Shown: positions 62,174 to 64,000 of the stretch, in pieces
How positions within the stretch are numbered: position 1 is the first letter of the stretch
Layout of the letters: each line of letters starts with the position of its first letter
From: Octopus vulgaris
Lineage: Eukaryota
Assembly: GCA_951406725.2 (NCBI GenBank)
Contig: OX597824.1
Location: 53,196,001 to 53,260,000 of the forward strand
Direction: 5' to 3'
Length of the DNA stretch: 64,000 nucleotides
Program-made: the position numbers and the translations under genes
The notes under the pieces: model-generated
Seen by the model: the letters and a program-made list of their open reading frames with translations, nothing else
What the model was told of the DNA's origin: nothing
Database searches by the model: none

Positions 62174-63962
62174 ACATTGTCATTAAACCGGCCGACAAGG
62201 GTGGAGCTGTGGTGGTGTGGCGCGCGGATCTCTACAGGGCCGAGGCGCTCCCCCAACTCAATGACACCTCCTTCTACTCCCCTGTGTCCTCTGACCCCAC
62301 GCTTAGCTACCAACATACGGTCTCCTCTACCGTCCACGACCTCATCTCGTCCTTCTGTCTCCCCCACACCGCATCCAACCTTATTGTCCGAACCCCACGC
62401 ACTCCCACCATTTACTTCCTCCTCCAAATCCACAAACCCAACAACCCTGGCCGCCCCATCGTCTCTGCCTGTAACTGCCCCACCGAGCTTATCTCAAAAT
62501 ACCTCGACCGTGTCCTTGCTCCCCTAGTGGCGTCTCTTCCCTCTCACATTCACGACACCAACCATGCTCTCCGGCTTTTCAACTCTTTCTCTTTTCCTCC
62601 TGGCTCCTCCAAACTCCTCTTTACAATGGACATCCAGAGCCTCTATACCGTCATCCCTCACCACGAAGGACTGCGTGCACTTCAACACTTTCTCGACCTC
62701 CACCCCAACCCCGAACCCGACACCTCCACACTCATTCGTCTGGCCGAATTTGTCCTTTCTCTTAACTGCTTCTCGTTCGCGGGCAAGTTCTACCACAAGT
62801 CTCGGGAGTGGCCATGAGAACGCGAATGGGCCCCAACTATGCGAACCTGTTCGTTGGCTATGTTGAGGCCCAAATATTCTCTAATTTCACTGGTCCCACT
62901 CCCGAACTATACGGTCCTTACATTGACGACTGTATCGGTGCCACTTCACTCTCCCGCGAACATCTAGACTCCTTCCTCTCTTTCGTTAAATCCTTCCATC
63001 CTGCCCTCCACTACACCTGCACTATCTCCAACACCTCTGTCTCCTTTCTTGACATTTCGGTCAGCATTCATCACTCCACTCTTACCACCGCCATTCACTA
63101 CAAACACACAGACTCACACTCATACCTAAACTTCTCTTCCTCCCACCCCAAACACACCAAGCTTTCCATCCCCTATTCCCAATTCCTCCGTCTACGTAGG
63201 CTCTGTAGTGACGACCATGACTTTGAGACTCAGTCTCAACTCATGTTTCGCCATTTCATGCTACGTGATACCCCCTCACCACTGTCCACACCGCCCTTGC
63301 CAGAGCACGTTCTGTAGACCGTGCATCTGCTCTCTCCCCCCGAACCCGCCCTGCAGTCTCCCGCCTCCCTTTCCCCTCGCGTACCACCTCACCACCCTAC
63401 CTCTCCAACGCACCATTCTTCGAGCTTTCCGGCATCCCCAGTCCACTTCACACCTCTTCCCTAACCGACCCCTCCCCTCCTTCAAACGAGCCCATAACCT
63501 ACGAGACCTCTTGGTCCACAGCTTCTTCCCCAACCCTACCTCCCAACCTGGCTCGTTCCCCTGCTCCCGCCCACGTTGCCGCACTTGCCCTTACCTCTCC
63601 AACACCACCCTCCTCACCGGCACCCATCATCGACCCTATCGCATCATCGACTCCTTCACCTGCACCTCCAGCAATATCATCTATTGCATCTCCTGCTCTT
63701 TCTGCCATTCCCTGTACATCGGAGAAACGGGACGCTGCTTGGCTTACCGGTTCGCGGAACACCTCCGAGACATCCACCTCGCCAATGACACTCCAGTCTC
63801 ACGCCATTTTCGCTCCACCGGTCACTCCTTGCAACACCTGTCTGTATTCGGATTGTCCTTGCACAGAGGCCATCCGGATTCCCGTTTGCGCCGTGAACAG
63901 GGATTAATCTTCTCTCTTCGCTCTTTTACGCAATTTGGCCTCAACTCGCCCCCCTTTTCATC
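62171..63962 (+). pseudogene. Penelope-like element (Neptune-type) RT + Cys-rich linker + GIY-YIG, 5'-truncated and frameshifted
   Basis: IVIKPADKGGAVVVW, IHKPNNPGRPIVS, MDIQSLYT, MGPNYANLF, YIDDC, YKHTDSHSYL, PCSRPRCRTC, IIYCISC..LYIGETGR; begins in (TA)n. Confidence 0.9.
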
Positions 63963-64000
63963 AAACCTCCTCCCCGACTCATATTTCTCTTTACTCCTAC

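Overview
Eukaryotic, AT-rich, microsatellite-saturated non-genic DNA. The SINE and repeat content resembles an octopus/cephalopod genome (inference). I found no confident host protein-coding exon, and most ORFs in the track are translations of simple repeats. The window is a mosaic of transposable elements: two full-length Tx1/L1-clade non-LTR retrotransposons, R4/Dong-type RLE elements in (TAA)n tracts, Penelope-like element (PLE) fragments, MULE, Tc1 and mariner relics, tRNA-derived SINEs, and about ten type I hammerhead-ribozyme (HHR) motifs in retrozyme/pLTR-like repeats. Main finding: two diverged Tx1-like elements (8070-13565 and 39083-44324, both minus strand) each have a perfect TSD (17 and 20 bp). 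Each is inserted at the equivalent position and in the same orientation, immediately 5' of the hammerhead of a ~354-bp structured retrozyme-like repeat. This suggests a Tx1 family that targets, and possibly rides, ribozyme retroelements. In the second cassette the 5' inverted arm starts essentially at the predicted HHR cleavage site. All alignments and folds were done by eye.
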